Positions 1 through 12,806 of a stretch of DNA of 64,000 nt are shown here, in pieces (positions within the stretch are counted from its first letter, which is position 1; each line of letters begins with the position of its first letter). Location of the stretch: assembly GCF_006345805.1 (NCBI RefSeq), contig NC_042998.1, positions 162,564,001-162,628,000 of the forward strand. The letters run 5' to 3'. The position numbers and the translations under genes are program-made. Origin of the DNA: Octopus sinensis (Eukaryota). The notes beneath the pieces were generated by a model. It made no database searches and had not been told where the DNA came from. It was given only the letters and a program-made list of their open reading frames with translations.

Positions 1-190
1 TGGAACCTAAGGGCCTCAAGATTAACTTAATATACACACACACGATGGGCTTCTTTCAGTTTCCATCTACCAAATTCACTCACAAGGCTCTGTGTATAAC
101 AAATAACTAATTTTCCAAAATGTGAGAGGCTGTATCTCGTAGACTTAAACATAAAACAGGTTCTAGTAAGCAAGAAAACTGATAGGACCT

Positions 191-270
191 CCCATGGGCA
201 TATGGCGTAGTGGTTAAGAGCGCAGGCTACTTACCCCAAGATTCTGAGTTTGATTCAAGGCAGTGACCTA

Positions 271-327
<57 letters not shown>

Positions 328-519
328 AATATTAATTAATAATAAGAACAACAACATTGGAAAAAAAACTTTAAGAATGAGAACCCAGGTTTGAAATTTC
401 TCCAAGACATCTGAAAAAGGCTGGAGGGTATATCAGCCGAAACGTTGTGAGGACAAATATCCGTTGAATGTAAATAATGTAAATAATGTACATAATTCCT
501 CATCTCTTAAATATAGAAC
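191..519 (+). mobile_element. tRNA-derived SINE with (AAT)n spacer and hammerhead-like/Penelope-like 3' part (family H)
   Basis: A-box TGGCGTAGTGG, decayed B-box GAGTTTGATTC, (AAT)n, then GACAT-CTGAAAA-A-GGCTG..CAGCC-GAAACGTT; homologous to 62604-63288. Confidence 0.75.
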
Positions 520-987
520 TGGATCTGGTAGCTTTAAACATGAAACTGGTAGAATATTTGGGCCAAATACTCTAAATGGCTAATATAAACTTTTAAAGTG
601 AAATATATGACCAAATCTTATAATGGGTTGCAATATAGTCCAACATAAGAAAATAATTATTAGCAAGAGAAGCATTATCAATACCAAAAGGCAATCTTTA
701 TATCCAACTTAATGTGGTTATATTGTTAGAGTGCCAAATACTGCATTATTTACCTTGCATAAAAAGCACCCACATCTCTATTGTTGGCAGATTAGAATCA
801 TTTACTACAAGTGCTGAAACTGCCAGATCATGTTATTTCAATGTGCTTAGTCTCTTCAGTGGCAGACATCATATAGCAGCATAACTGTCAAATATCACTG
901 TCACCAATAGATGGAACTTTAATGCCTTTTCTTTTACTGATGTTATAAATGACCAGCATGCTTAGTGAAAAATAATTAGGGACAGAA

Positions 988-1192
988 GCAATCTATATAT
1001 CCAACTTAATGTGGATGTTTTGTTAGAATGCCAAATACTGCATTATTTATCTTGAGAGGACCTTTCATATGGTTTCATAAATATGAGTGCTTTTATGCAC
1101 CATGCGTCCATATGAGAGGTCTTCTCAAGGTAAATAATGCAGTATTTGGAGTTCTAATAAACTATCTATGAAAAGTAAGATATAAAGATTGC
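988..1192. repeat. Long-arm inverted repeat (MITE-like foldback); partial extra copy at ~690-770
   Basis: 988-1072 is the approximate reverse complement of 1108-1192 (CCAAATACTGCATTATTTA / TAAATAATGCAGTATTTGG). Confidence 0.7.
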
Positions 1193-1255
1193 CTATAAGA
1201 GAATAGAGCTAAAGGGGATGCAATAGAGTTGAAGAAGCTTGAAGTGATATTAATA

Positions 1256-1605
1256 AAGAGTAAAGGCCCCCTTCAGTCAGGAATGATCATGGGATTGCAC
1301 CTACAAAGTTACCCTCCGAGACACAAGTCTGGGCAAGGTTGTTTATGGAAGACTAGCAGTTGTCCATGCATACCAGCCTCCCCTCTCAACACCACCAATG
1401 TTGTCCAAGGGAAAGGCAAGTGCTGATACAGCTTGGCACCAGTGGCATTGCAACTCATTTCTACAGCTGAGTGAAGTGGAGTAATATGAAATAAAATGTC
1501 TTGCTCAAGAACACAACACATAGCCTGGTCTGGTCCGGGAATTGAACTCATTACCTCATGATTGTGAGCCTGACTCTCTAACCACTGAGCCATGTGCCTT
1601 TGCTA
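1256..1605 (-). mobile_element. tRNA-derived SINE (family C)
   Basis: Head GCACATGGCTCAGTGGTTAGAG..GAGTTCAATTCC on minus; homologous to 58963-59259; 9-bp TSD ATATTAATA (1247-1255/1606-1614). Confidence 0.85.
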
Positions 1606-1960
1606 ATATTAATATATTACTGGTATTGGAGTGATGAAAGAAATTATTAACTTTGGTTGAATTTGAATGCCAAACATAAAGAATCAAAACTAAATATGTT
1701 CAGGGAATAAGAGTTACAGTGATTACATACTTAATGTGATGTATATAATTCTTTTGACAGAGGGGCAGCTGTTTTAGAGGAGAGGGGGCTCATAGATTGC
1801 ATCGGCTAAAGTACTTTACTGGCACTTATTTTATTGATCCTGAATAAACGAATGGCAAAGTCATCATCAGTGAAATTTGAGCTCAGAGAGTAAAGATAGA
1901 TGATATACATCATCATCTTCATCGTCGTTGTCGTCGTCATCATCATCATCATCATCATAG

Positions 1961-2440
1961 TTTAACATCCATTTTCCATGCTGGCATGGAGTGATTGGTT
2001 TGACAGGAGCTGGCCAGTTGCCTGTTCTGACATGGTTTCTGACATGGCTGGATGCCCTTCCTAATTCTAGCCACTCCACAGAGTGTACTGGGTGCTTTCT
2101 ATGTGGCACCAGAATGTGTGCTTTTATATGTGGCACTAGCACAAGTGTTTTTTTAAGTAGCACTGGCACCTGCAAGACAGCGACCTCTTGACTGAGAGAG
2201 TGAGTAGAGGCATGGCCATAAAGGACAATCCTGTATGTATGGATGGCCACAATTTTACTTAGCTTGGCATGTCTTCTCAAGTACAGCAAATCACCACAAG
2301 TCCTGGTCCTTTGTTATCTCATCATCGAAGCCCAATGTCTGAGGATCCTTTCTCACCACTTTGTCCCACATCTTCCTAGGCCTACCCCTTCCACAGGTTC
2401 CCTCCACAATGAGATATTGCAATACCACTCAGAAATACCA
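1961..2440 (-). mobile_element. RTE-clade LINE 3' end with (GAT)n tail
   Basis: Minus translation LIVEGTCGR.RPRKMWDKVVRKDPQTLGF..DQDLW*FAVLEKTCQAK* resembles the RTE ORF2 C-terminus; its 3'UTR recurs at ~24000-24190, 33580-33730, 43880-44090, 53420-53600, 57050-57170. Confidence 0.75.
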
Positions 2441-2819
2441 CTATTGAAAATCACACTAAGCATTTTGTCTGGCATGCTAACAGTCCTGCTAGCTCACTGT
2501 CTTATGTGATCCTCATTATAACTTTAATTAATCAAGGCTTTTGTTGTATTTAAGGGGGGTAAATAATGGATCTGCAATAGTTAGTCTCACGTGTTGGTGA
2601 TTCTGGTCATTTGCCATCTTGGAGGCTTTAGTTTGGTTAAATAGATCCATTGAAGTTCAAGCCACACTGTGGCATTATTATCAGCCAAAGATGCACACTG
2701 ACAAAGAGAATTTTGTCAGTATTGACATTATTAAACTTCTAAGTAACAAACATGGTGAGATCAAAATGGTGATGACAATGCTGATGTGGGAGTAATTTTG
2801 ATATTGGTGCTATTGATGA

Positions 2820-2857
2820 CAATGGTGATGATGATGTTAGTTTGGTGATGTTAGCAG

Positions 2858-2915
<58 letters not shown>

Positions 2916-3180
2916 GGTGGTGGTGGTGGTGTGGTGAAAAGATGGTAAGGATAATAAAAACCATGATGAAGATGACAACAATGATGATGATAGTACTGGT
3001 GGTGGTGATGGTAATGATGATGCTGATGATGATGAGGACGATGATAAGGCAGAGTTAAAAAAAAGGGAATAAAAGGAAGATGAAAGTGAGCTGAGGAAAT
3101 CAAGAAAAAGTAAAAGGAAAAGGAAAAAAATAAGATCAGTAACAAGAAGAAGAACAACAACAACAACAAAAACAAGATCA
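2820..3180. repeat. Compound (GAT)n/(GGT)n/(AAC)n microsatellite
   Basis: Direct reading. Confidence 0.95.
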
Positions 3181-3876
3181 ACACTGTTGAGATCACATGA
3201 CTGATGTCAAATAGCCCAACTTTATCTCTTACCTAGCTCGTGGCACCCAAGCTGCTAAGGTAGACAGCCTAAAGTCTTGATGCTTTGCAGTGGCATTCTT
3301 AGTCTTTCTCCAAACGAATGTCTTGATGGATTTATTTCTAGTTTATCTCAAAAAGAAAGAAATTTGAGAAAGTCAAAGGGAAAAATTTGCCTCACCAAGT
3401 TCTTAACTCTTGGGAAACTGAATACAACATTTCAATGGCTTCTGTTGTTTTTGTTGTTGGTAATAGGGAGGTCTTGTAGTGGGTGGGTGGGGAGCTGCAG
3501 TTTGATAAAGAATGAGCTAAATAAATAAATAATTAAATAAATAAATGGTGTTTTTAACAAGAAAAGACTGCAGTCTGTCTTTTCTCTTTTTCTTTTTTTT
3601 TTTTTGGCAGGGGATAGGCCACAGCCTGAAGATTTAGACACACACTTTCTGTTATATATTCTCATCAGAAGTGTAAATTTGATAACTTGATCCAATATAT
3701 CGCTTACCGGTTCTTGTTTTAAGAAGGACGATGAGGCCTGAGGAGAGTTGGGGGCAAAAGAATAATACCTTCTGCTCACTGCAATTCCATCTTCTATGGG
3801 TGGTGACTAAGAGGCCAGATGGGAATTTTGGTTAGAAATAATATATGGAATCAAGGTAATCCTAATGACAATAGAT

Positions 3877-4207
3877 CAGGGGTTCTCAACCATTTTTTTT
3901 ATCTATCGACCCCTTTGAATATTATTTTATTCTGGGTGATCCCCATATCTATTTGATGTTTAAAACTAGTTTTATAGCAATTTCTTCCAAAATTCCTATT
4001 TTATTTTTCACACATTCACTTGTGCAGGTTGAACTATGTAAAATGTTAGTGAAAGAAACCTAGCTGCTTCTTGTAATACATACCAATACATACACCTAAA
4101 GCAAAAATGCTTTCAGGTGCCCTTAAAATACTATTGTGGATCCCCAATTTACTATTTTCTTGCATGGACCCCCAAAATCTTATGTGGAACCTGGTTGAGA
4201 ACCGCTG
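3877..4207. mobile_element. hAT-type (Buster/Charlie-like) MITE
   Basis: TIRs CAGGGGTTCTCAACC / GGTTGAGAACCGCTG; degenerate 8-bp TSD CAATAGAT/CAGTAGGT with central TA. Confidence 0.8.
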
Positions 4208-4380
4208 CAGTAGGTGGTGAGTAAAGAAGGTCAAGATTCAAAATTCCTCATTAAAGGCTGAATAGCTGATCTAAGTATATATTCTGGGTATTCATTTTAT
4301 AAATATGCAAATCATAGGTTATGAGAAATTAATGTTAATCAAAATTGGAGTTGTGTTAATAAATTTTTCCCTTTTCTTAT

Positions 4381-4421
<41 letters not shown>

Positions 4422-5627
4422 GTGTGTGTGTATATATGCATATATGTTTGCATATATGTATACATGTATGCATGCATGTATGTATATCTATCTATCTATC
4501 ATCAATGTCATCATCACCATCTTGCATGGGTTGGACAAAACTTTGTTGGGTCAGAGGTCTATAGCTGCATAGCCTTCTTGTGGCCATACCTTACTTGTTT
4601 TGGTGTAAATTATTCATGTCTGTGCTATGGCATATAATGAACTGCTAAAACAACGGCTAAACATGTTTTCTCCATAGGTATAAACATCGTTACCACCTAA
4701 GTGATAACATAAGGTGCTGTGCAGTGGAACTGAACCTGAGACCACATGATTGGGAAGCAACCTACTCAACCACATCCATGCTTAAGCCAATATGTGTACG
4801 TGTGCGTGTGTGTGTATGTAAGTTTATGTATATATGTATGTATATGTATGTATATATATATATGTATGTGTGTCTTTATGTATATATATATATATATAAC
4901 TTTCTTGTCTTCTACCTGCTTCCTTTTTGTCGGCTTCTAATTCTTCTACAGTTTTTCTGTCGCTAATTCATTCATTCTTAATTTATCTCTTCCTTATTTT
5001 TATGGTCACCACAATGCCCACCATCACCACCACCACCATCGCCACCACCACCATCGCCACCACTGCCACCACCACCACCACCACCACCATCACCACCTTC
5101 GCCACTACTGCCACATTATAAATAAATAAAGCACCATTCTTTCTACACTTGCTATTCTTAGTATCGTTATTGTCATAATCTGTTGTCCTAAAATGCACAA
5201 GAACTGAGCTGTTTTATAATTGTTGTTGTTGTCGTTATCATTGTTGTTGTTGATGTTCTTGTTGTTAAGCAGTACTGTGTGATGGAGGTTATTTTGCAAC
5301 ATCACTTGTTGCTATGGTGATGACATCGAGTTGTAACATTATTCACAACAAGCCATTTGTTGTTTATGTAACAAAATTTGTTGCTTTTCAAATGTCCTGC
5401 TATACTAAGTAGCAATATATAAGAAACAAGACTGAGTTTGGGGTTTTAGGCTTTCTCATAATGGCACAAGATGAAGAAGAGAGATGCTAAGAAAGAAGTA
5501 GCGATATCTCTTTTACTTCATATCTTTCATTTTGTTGTGGTTGTTGTTATTGTTATTGGTGTAGTTGTTGCTGGTGTTCTTTTCAAACTGAGTATGGTGT
5601 GGATACAAGTCCCAGCAAATTTCAAAG

Positions 5628-5888
5628 CAGTGGTTCTCAACTGGAGTCTACATGACTCTTGAGAGTCCATATAAGATTTTGTTGTTAAAGTTTATCTTCA
5701 ATTAATTTGTTGTACACAATTGGTTATAAACAAACTATTTTAATAATTATTTTTATACAATTCTTAATAATATTTAATTATAAAAATATTATAAGATATT
5801 TTTAAACAAGGAATGGCTAAAGGGGTTCATCTGATTAACACTGGAATCAAAGGGGTTCATAAGTAAAGAAAATGGTAGAGAACCACTG
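5628..5888. mobile_element. hAT-type MITE, related to 3877-4207
   Basis: TIRs CAGTGGTTCTC / GAGAACCACTG; flanks TTTCAAAG/ATTTAAAC. Confidence 0.7.
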
Positions 5889-6220
5889 ATTTAAACCATA
5901 AGGAATTGGGCTACTGTCTATTAGAACAACAACATGCCCCCTACAAGTTAAATGATGGAGTTTCTATAAGTTCACTCATTTTTCAAGAAATAACAGTCAA
6001 ATCTCCCTCATATAACACCAAATACCATTTTATTATTGATAAAAAGTATACATTAGTGAAGTTCTTGAAATGCAACAAGATGGAATGATACAACTAAAAT
6101 GTCTTTGATCAGAGTGCCATATAATCAAAAGTGTCCTGGAGTTAAATAACAGTGTCAACAACATGTCTTTTCTATCCCCACTAGCAATGTTTTGATTTGG
6201 AGTTAAGTTATATCAACTTA

Positions 6221-6411
6221 AGTGCAGGTGTGGCTGTGTGGTAAGAAGCTTGCTTCCCAACTACATGATTCTGGGTACAATCCCACTGTGTGGCACCTTT
6301 GCCAAGTGTCTTCTACTATAGTCTTGAACTGACCAAAGCCTTGTGGGTGGATTTAGTAGACAGAAATTAAAAGAAGCTAATCCTATGTGTGTGTATATAT
6401 ATATATATATC
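6221..6411 (+). mobile_element. SINE family A, 5' half
   Basis: GTGGCTGTGTGGTAAGAAGCTTGCTTCCCAAC..GGCACCTTTGCCAAGTGTCTTCTACTATAG. Confidence 0.8.
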
Positions 6412-6621
6412 AGATGAATGTGAGTTCATCATCTAATTGGAATTATTTCCAAAGATTTCTAATATCTTTTCTTCATACTTAAATTTTGAATTTACTTGTT
6501 TAAATTCGTATAAGAAAACTTGTATAGCAATAATCAGTTTATGATTTAACTTATTAAACACAGTTCAACAAATTCATTCATATTTATGTAAATTGAAGAG
6601 ATTAAATGTTAGAATGGATTG

Positions 6622-8016
6622 TAGTTTTTATTTTCATGCAGCTAAACAATTTGTTTCATACAAAAAGACTCAGATATTCATAAATAAAAAAATTGTAATA
6701 GTAATTTGTACTCGTCAGTAGCTGGTATAAAAACTAAAAAAAAAAAAAGTACATAGATTTTCTCTTAGTTATCATTTGAATCAAGACTGAAAACATATAT
6801 AAGTGGGTGCTAATATATGAATTCCTATATGTGTGTCTATTTAAAACTCCTTAAATGAAATTATATTACTGGTCAGGCTCTGTTTGTATGTACGATGAGG
6901 AATCCCAAATAAGGATGTGAATGAATTTTCAAATACAAGTATAGTTTTTACTTAACCGTCAATTATCCTTTCAACTTAAGTGATTTTTAAGAAAAGTGGT
7001 CTTTAATAGTATTCAATAATAATTTCAGGTTTATAAAATTTATATTTTAAGTATTTATTGTAAATAATAGGTCTAATATTCATAGGCAAAAAGAAAGTGT
7101 TATATGTCGTAATTAATTATCTAGTGACAGTATTGATATGTTTTCAAGAAAATTTAGAGATACTGTACGAGTATATAATAATACCAATACACATATACAC
7201 ATATACTTATGTGCATACATACCCATATAGCCATATATAAAAAAACAAGCAAAACTCTTCCCTCCCCCCGTCCAATGGACAGTGCTGAGTTGTCAAACAT
7301 TTAAACCAAATTTTCTCAAAACGACTTGTCAGACCGTCCCATAGGCTTCCCCTTTGAGAAACACTGATTTAACTTAAATTTGAGACACCAGCAAAAGAAG
7401 AAATAAAGATAGACTTTTTTTCTATTCCAAAGAAAAACGATTTTATTCACACAAATATGCAACCGAAAAGTTTAAAGTACCAGTAATGATAAGGCTGTTG
7501 ACTGGGAGAACACAAACATGGTTTAAATAGTAAGCTTGGCAGGAAAGAAAGGTGCCTTTAAGCAGTACGAAAACAACAAAAAAATGGAAGGTGCAGTTAT
7601 GTACAGGTTGATGGGAGAAAAGCAGGACAAAAACGGCTTTATCGATTGCATTCTCACTTGGAATAGATTTTTGTAATTTTTTCAAGACTTATACATGCCC
7701 TGATACTGTTGGTATCTACATATCAAATTTGAGCACAATCGGATGGAGGATGCCCGAGATCTGAGAAGACATACACACAGACAGACAGACAGAATGGATT
7801 TTATATAAGAGATATACACACAGGCATGACTGTAAGAACGAATATATTAATCTTGAAATGATAACAAAGAGAAAATCTATGTACTTCTAAAGTCTTTTTT
7901 AGTTTTTATGCCAGCTACTGACGAGTACAAATATGATTATTACAATTTTCTGTTTATGAATACATGAGTCTTTTTGTATGAAATAAATTGTATAGTAACA
8001 TGAAAAATAAAAACTA
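6622..8016. repeat. ~165-bp inverted repeats flanking a ~1.06-kb core
   Basis: 6622-6786 is the reverse complement of 7851-8016 (TTTGTACTCGTCAGTAGCTGG / CCAGCTACTGACGAGTACAAA). Confidence 0.8.
7690..7812 (-). mobile_element. Helitron-like non-autonomous element 5' terminus (tentative)
   Basis: Minus strand begins A|TCTCTTATATAAAA, then (TCTG)n and CAAATTTGATATG, as in Lep1-type Helitrons; no clear CTAG/hairpin 3' end found. Confidence 0.35.
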
Positions 8017-9210
8017 TAAACACTTTCATTTTGTGATTTGTGGTAATTACTAAATGAAATGCTTTGAAATAACTTTTTGGATAAAAGATAAATGGAAGTT
8101 TTATTGTTTCTTGATCAACAACCTCAACTGGTGTCAAATTTTGGTACAAGGTCAGAAATTTCTTGGGAGGGACGTTACTTGTAAGGCAAATAAACTGACA
8201 GATTAATCAAATCATTGGATAGGATACTATGCAGCATTTGCTCTGGTTCTCTGCTCCTTGACTTCAAGTCCCTTCAAGGTTAACTTTGCCCTTCTGCTCT
8301 TGGTGGGGGAGATTCAATAAAGTAACAATCAGGTTCTGGGATTGATTCTACATCACTTCCCTCTCTTTCTGTCTGTCTGTCTGTCTGTCTATCTCTCTTC
8401 CTCCCTCTCTCTCTCTTTCTCTCCCCACTCTCTCTTTCTCTTGAAAGGAATCAACTGTGGTCCACACCTGCAGAAGAATGGATATTCTGCAAAGCTCAGT
8501 ATGTTCAAGACATCTTGTATGCCTCTACTCTAGCAGGTTCCCTCCTACAATTCCATCAGGTGTTGAAGGCCTGCAATCAAAGCCTTATTTTCTATGCAAC
8601 CCAGTTTAACAACAAACATTCACATGGTAACTTGCAACTAGAATTTACTTTAACAATTTAAAGATAAATATTTGCAAAAGCTGAGGTGACCTATTAGTTA
8701 TTTCAAACACACAGCAGAAGGCTGCAAATGAGCACACTGCTTCTAAACTCACCCCCTCAACTACAATGAAATTTTTATTGTGCTGTGAAAATATTGCATT
8801 TATTGCAATTTACTATGTATGTTTGTGTCATAAAGATATTGTTTACGGTACTTAGTAAGCACACTACCATTATAAAGATCACATGAAGATATCACATGCT
8901 CAGATAATTGTATTCTAAAAACTATAAAGATATTCTAATGACATTCAGAAGAGCAGCTAAGACGATAAAGATATGCATGTACATTGATGTGTCTGTCTGT
9001 ATGCGTATGTGTATAGTATATTTATGTATATGGATAGCTGTATCAGTAAATATTTAAGTGTATATGTATTTGCCTGTGTATGCACATTTAAACATATATA
9101 TATTCATATGTGCATGTACATGTATAGATACACACGTGCACACACATACACACATACATGCACACTCATGCACTCACACATTTATATATATATACATTCA
9201 TAAATGTATG

Positions 9211-9245
<35 letters not shown>

Positions 9246-9654
9246 TATATGTATTTATGAGTGTGTATGCATATACATTATGCACATTTATACATATACT
9301 TATGCACACAAATATGTATGTATGCATGTGTGAATGCATTTGTGTTTGTATGTATGTGTTTGTTGCATATCAATCATTAAAATTTCTATGGAAATGAAAA
9401 TTAGTCATAAACATGTAAACATTACAAATCACTATAAAAATAGTGAAACCTCTATTGTATAATGATAATGCTACAGAAGAATGCAAGATTCAATTTCTTT
9501 CAGATTAATTTCACGTATCTTAAAGACTCCATATTAGGGGAATTTGGAAACCAAAACAAAAAAAAATGCATGTCTGTATATGTGTGTGCTTATGTTTGAG
9601 TGTGTGTATATACACATATATATGTGCACGCACGCACACACACATATATATACA

Positions 9655-9967
9655 CTCTTTTACTCTTTTATTTGTTTCAGTCATTTGAGTGTAACCATGC
9701 TGGAGCACCGACTTTTTTAGTCAAGCAAATCGACCCTAGGACTTATTCTTTGTAAGCCTAGTACTTATTTTATTGGCCTCTTCTGCCGAATCGCTAAGTT
9801 ACGGGGACGTAAACACACCAGCATCGGTTGTCAAGCAATGTTCAGGGAACAAACACAGACACACAAACATATACACACACATGCATATATATATATATAT
9901 ATATACATATACGACGGGCTCCTTTCAGTTTTCGTCTACCAAATCCACTTACAAGGCTTTGGTCGGC
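9655..9967 (-). mobile_element. SINE family A, 3' part
   Basis: CTCTTTTA tail, GGTGCTCCAGCATGG, AAGAATAAGTCC on minus. Confidence 0.85.
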
Positions 9968-11126
9968 ATTGTTTCATTATTAGTTTTTACTAACCTACAA
10001 ACAAACATTTTATTTCAAAAGTTTACATGTGTATATATGGGGTCTACAGAGGGTCCACAAGCAAAATAAGGTTGGGAACCCCTGATCTCGTCTAATTTTG
10101 CTCCTAATTAATTGGGCAGTAACTCTTTCCGTAATTTTCATCACTTGGTCCAACAGTTTGATCTGCTATAGATGCTTCTATCTAACACATCAGCTTTGCC
10201 CTTGCAACAGCTAACAATTATGCTGCTACACCAGTCACTAAGTATTACACTCTCCTCTGTTGCTTCTGTCCCTCTACCCTCAACGACTTTTTCCCTCTCC
10301 TCTCACTACTACTACTATCTAAACCTCTCTCTTTTTTTTTTCATTTTCTCATTGACAGGCACAGTCACGCTTCTTTGCATTCCCACACCCTTTTCTTAAA
10401 CGGTTTGTTTAATTCTTCTTTCATTCTGACTATCTACCCTTTCTGGCCTCATTTCGTTTGCAAGATTTTTTATGTGAGTTCGTGTGTTGAAGCATATTTT
10501 GTTGTGTCTGGAGTGAGTCATTCTCTTTTAGTGCCTTATTATTTAACACACTCCCTGTTAAAGTTTCCATTCATTTACTTATCTATTTTCCCTATGATAT
10601 ATATATATGTGTGTGTGTGTGTGTATGCGTGTGTTTGTATATATATGTGTGTGCGTGTATATATATATATATATTGTTCAAATTTACAGAAAACAAAAGA
10701 CGAAGACAGGTGAAGGAACAGCAAGCAGATATATTAGTTTAACACTCAGGAGGAATGGAAAGGTTTTTGATATTTTGGGCCTAGGCTCTTCGATAGAAAG
10801 GATTAAGAGGGGAAAAAAGTGAGAAAGAATGAAAAAAAAAAAACGAGAAAAATATGTAGGGATTAACAATTCAACATCTCTCTCTCTCTCTCTCATTGTT
10901 CCTCTCTCAACAATAATCTCATTAGAATTTGCTATCAAGAGCGTCTAAACACTAAAGTACAATAAATTAACTAAAGAATTTTAAGACTATGGTGTTTGTT
11001 TTGCTCTTCAGCCATCTTAGTTATTACTGTTAAAGGTTTATTCTTCATAGGTAGCCATAACACACACAGTCACACAACAAACACTCACATAAACAAAGTC
11101 TTTATATGTGTGTGCGTGTGTGTGTT

Positions 11127-11417
11127 GGACACTCCCGTCGAAGACGACGTACGAGCGTTCAGCTTTTGCCGAACGACCTGCACAAATGATTTGTCTATAG
11201 TGATCAAATGTCAAATGTTCGTGCCAGACATGAGCTCACTCTCTCTGTCAATTCGACGATGTCTGAACAGGTGCACAGTGTATCAGGTGTCAAAGTGATC
11301 GCAGAACAACACGAGATGAAGTGTTTTACTCAAGAATACAACACACCACCCAGTCTGGGAATTGAAATCACGATAGCAGATCATGAGGGCAATACCCTAA
11401 CCTCTAAACCATGCAGA
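11127..11417 (-). mobile_element. tRNA-derived SINE (family E)
   Basis: Minus: tRNA-like head, GATTTCAATTCC B-box, TTGAGTAAAACACTT central motif similar to family C. Confidence 0.6.
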
Positions 11418-11456
11418 GTCACTTACACTCACAAGCACGCAAATACGCACACAAAC

Positions 11457-11501
<45 letters not shown>

Positions 11502-11785
11502 GAAGTATCGTTTCATGCTGCCTGTTTACGAGAGTGTTTGATGTGTGTGTGTGTCAATGCTACATCAAATGAGTATATCTGGAGCAGTAATGTACTGAGA
11601 TGGTTGAAGAATAGAACAAAGAACATAGTCTTCAAATTCTCTGCTTAATTTATTGTATTTTAGTGTTCAGACCATCCTGATAGCATATCTCAGTGAAGTT
11701 CAGGCTTAAAAAAAGAGTGAAAGAGAGAGAGAGATGGAGAGAGGGAATGCACAGACAGCATGATATCAGAAAAGAATGAATGGTA

Positions 11786-11819
<34 letters not shown>

Positions 11820-12219
11820 CCATATATATATATACATATATTTATACACGCACATATATGTACATATACGTACACCCTTTACCAAGCATCTGCAATTTTG
11901 ATTCAGTTTGCCATGTATTTTGTCTCTCTTTCTATCTATTTGTCTGTATGTCCATCTACACGTATGTATGAAGGGATATTTGTGAGTGTGTGCATATATA
12001 AGGTAAGATGTATGTGTGTATTTAAGTGTAGATGTAAATGTTCATTATGAATGTATGTTCATTTAAGAATGTATTTAACCTTTCCTATTCAGAAAAATCC
12101 AGATGAGATCGTAGATGGAGTGGGAAGGCCATAAGAATTTTCTTGAAATGTTTGGTCTAGCTTTGAGAGGTCTTATAATTTGGGAAAAATTTTTGGCATA
12201 CATACATATATATACGAGT

Positions 12220-12253
<34 letters not shown>

Positions 12254-12806
12254 GTGTGTATATATAAGTATATCTGGTGTATATATACATATATATGCAC
12301 ACACACATACACACACACATATATATGCTTATATACATATATAAACAGACATACACAATTGCATCCACATGCACAAAATATGAGAACAAAGATTATACAA
12401 AAATAATTGCAATACATTAATGTCTATAGTCTTTGTAAAAATCCATCAGATGTCAGTCTAGCCTCTCTACTAAAAGATCTTCTATTCTTTTATAGAACTG
12501 AGTACCAAAATACAACAAATTCATTCTGAGTCTGAAACAGAAGACAGAGTAAGTATTGAATGTTGAATATTTCACTTCTTTAATCTCTCTTTGTAGGGTT
12601 CACAATAAGTTTTTCTATGCAATGGTTTGCAGGATTAACTTCCATGGTAGTCTTAAGTATGCCATTCATATTTCTGCAAAATACTGGAACTATTTTTAAA
12701 TATTTAGTTACTTAATGTTATATTAATGAACATCTATAAGCATCCATCAATCTCGGAATGTAAAAACTTCCTTTGATTTTATTTTTTTAATTTTATTTGT
12801 TTGTTT

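Noticed and set aside
191-270. tRNA gene (and similar heads at 1530-1598, 20101-20170, 58963-59030, 62970-63045)
   Set aside because: A/B boxes are present but there is no full cloverleaf and each continues into a SINE body
10996-11648. CpG-rich ORFs that look exon-like
   Set aside because: They overlap a minus-strand tRNA-SINE and microsatellites
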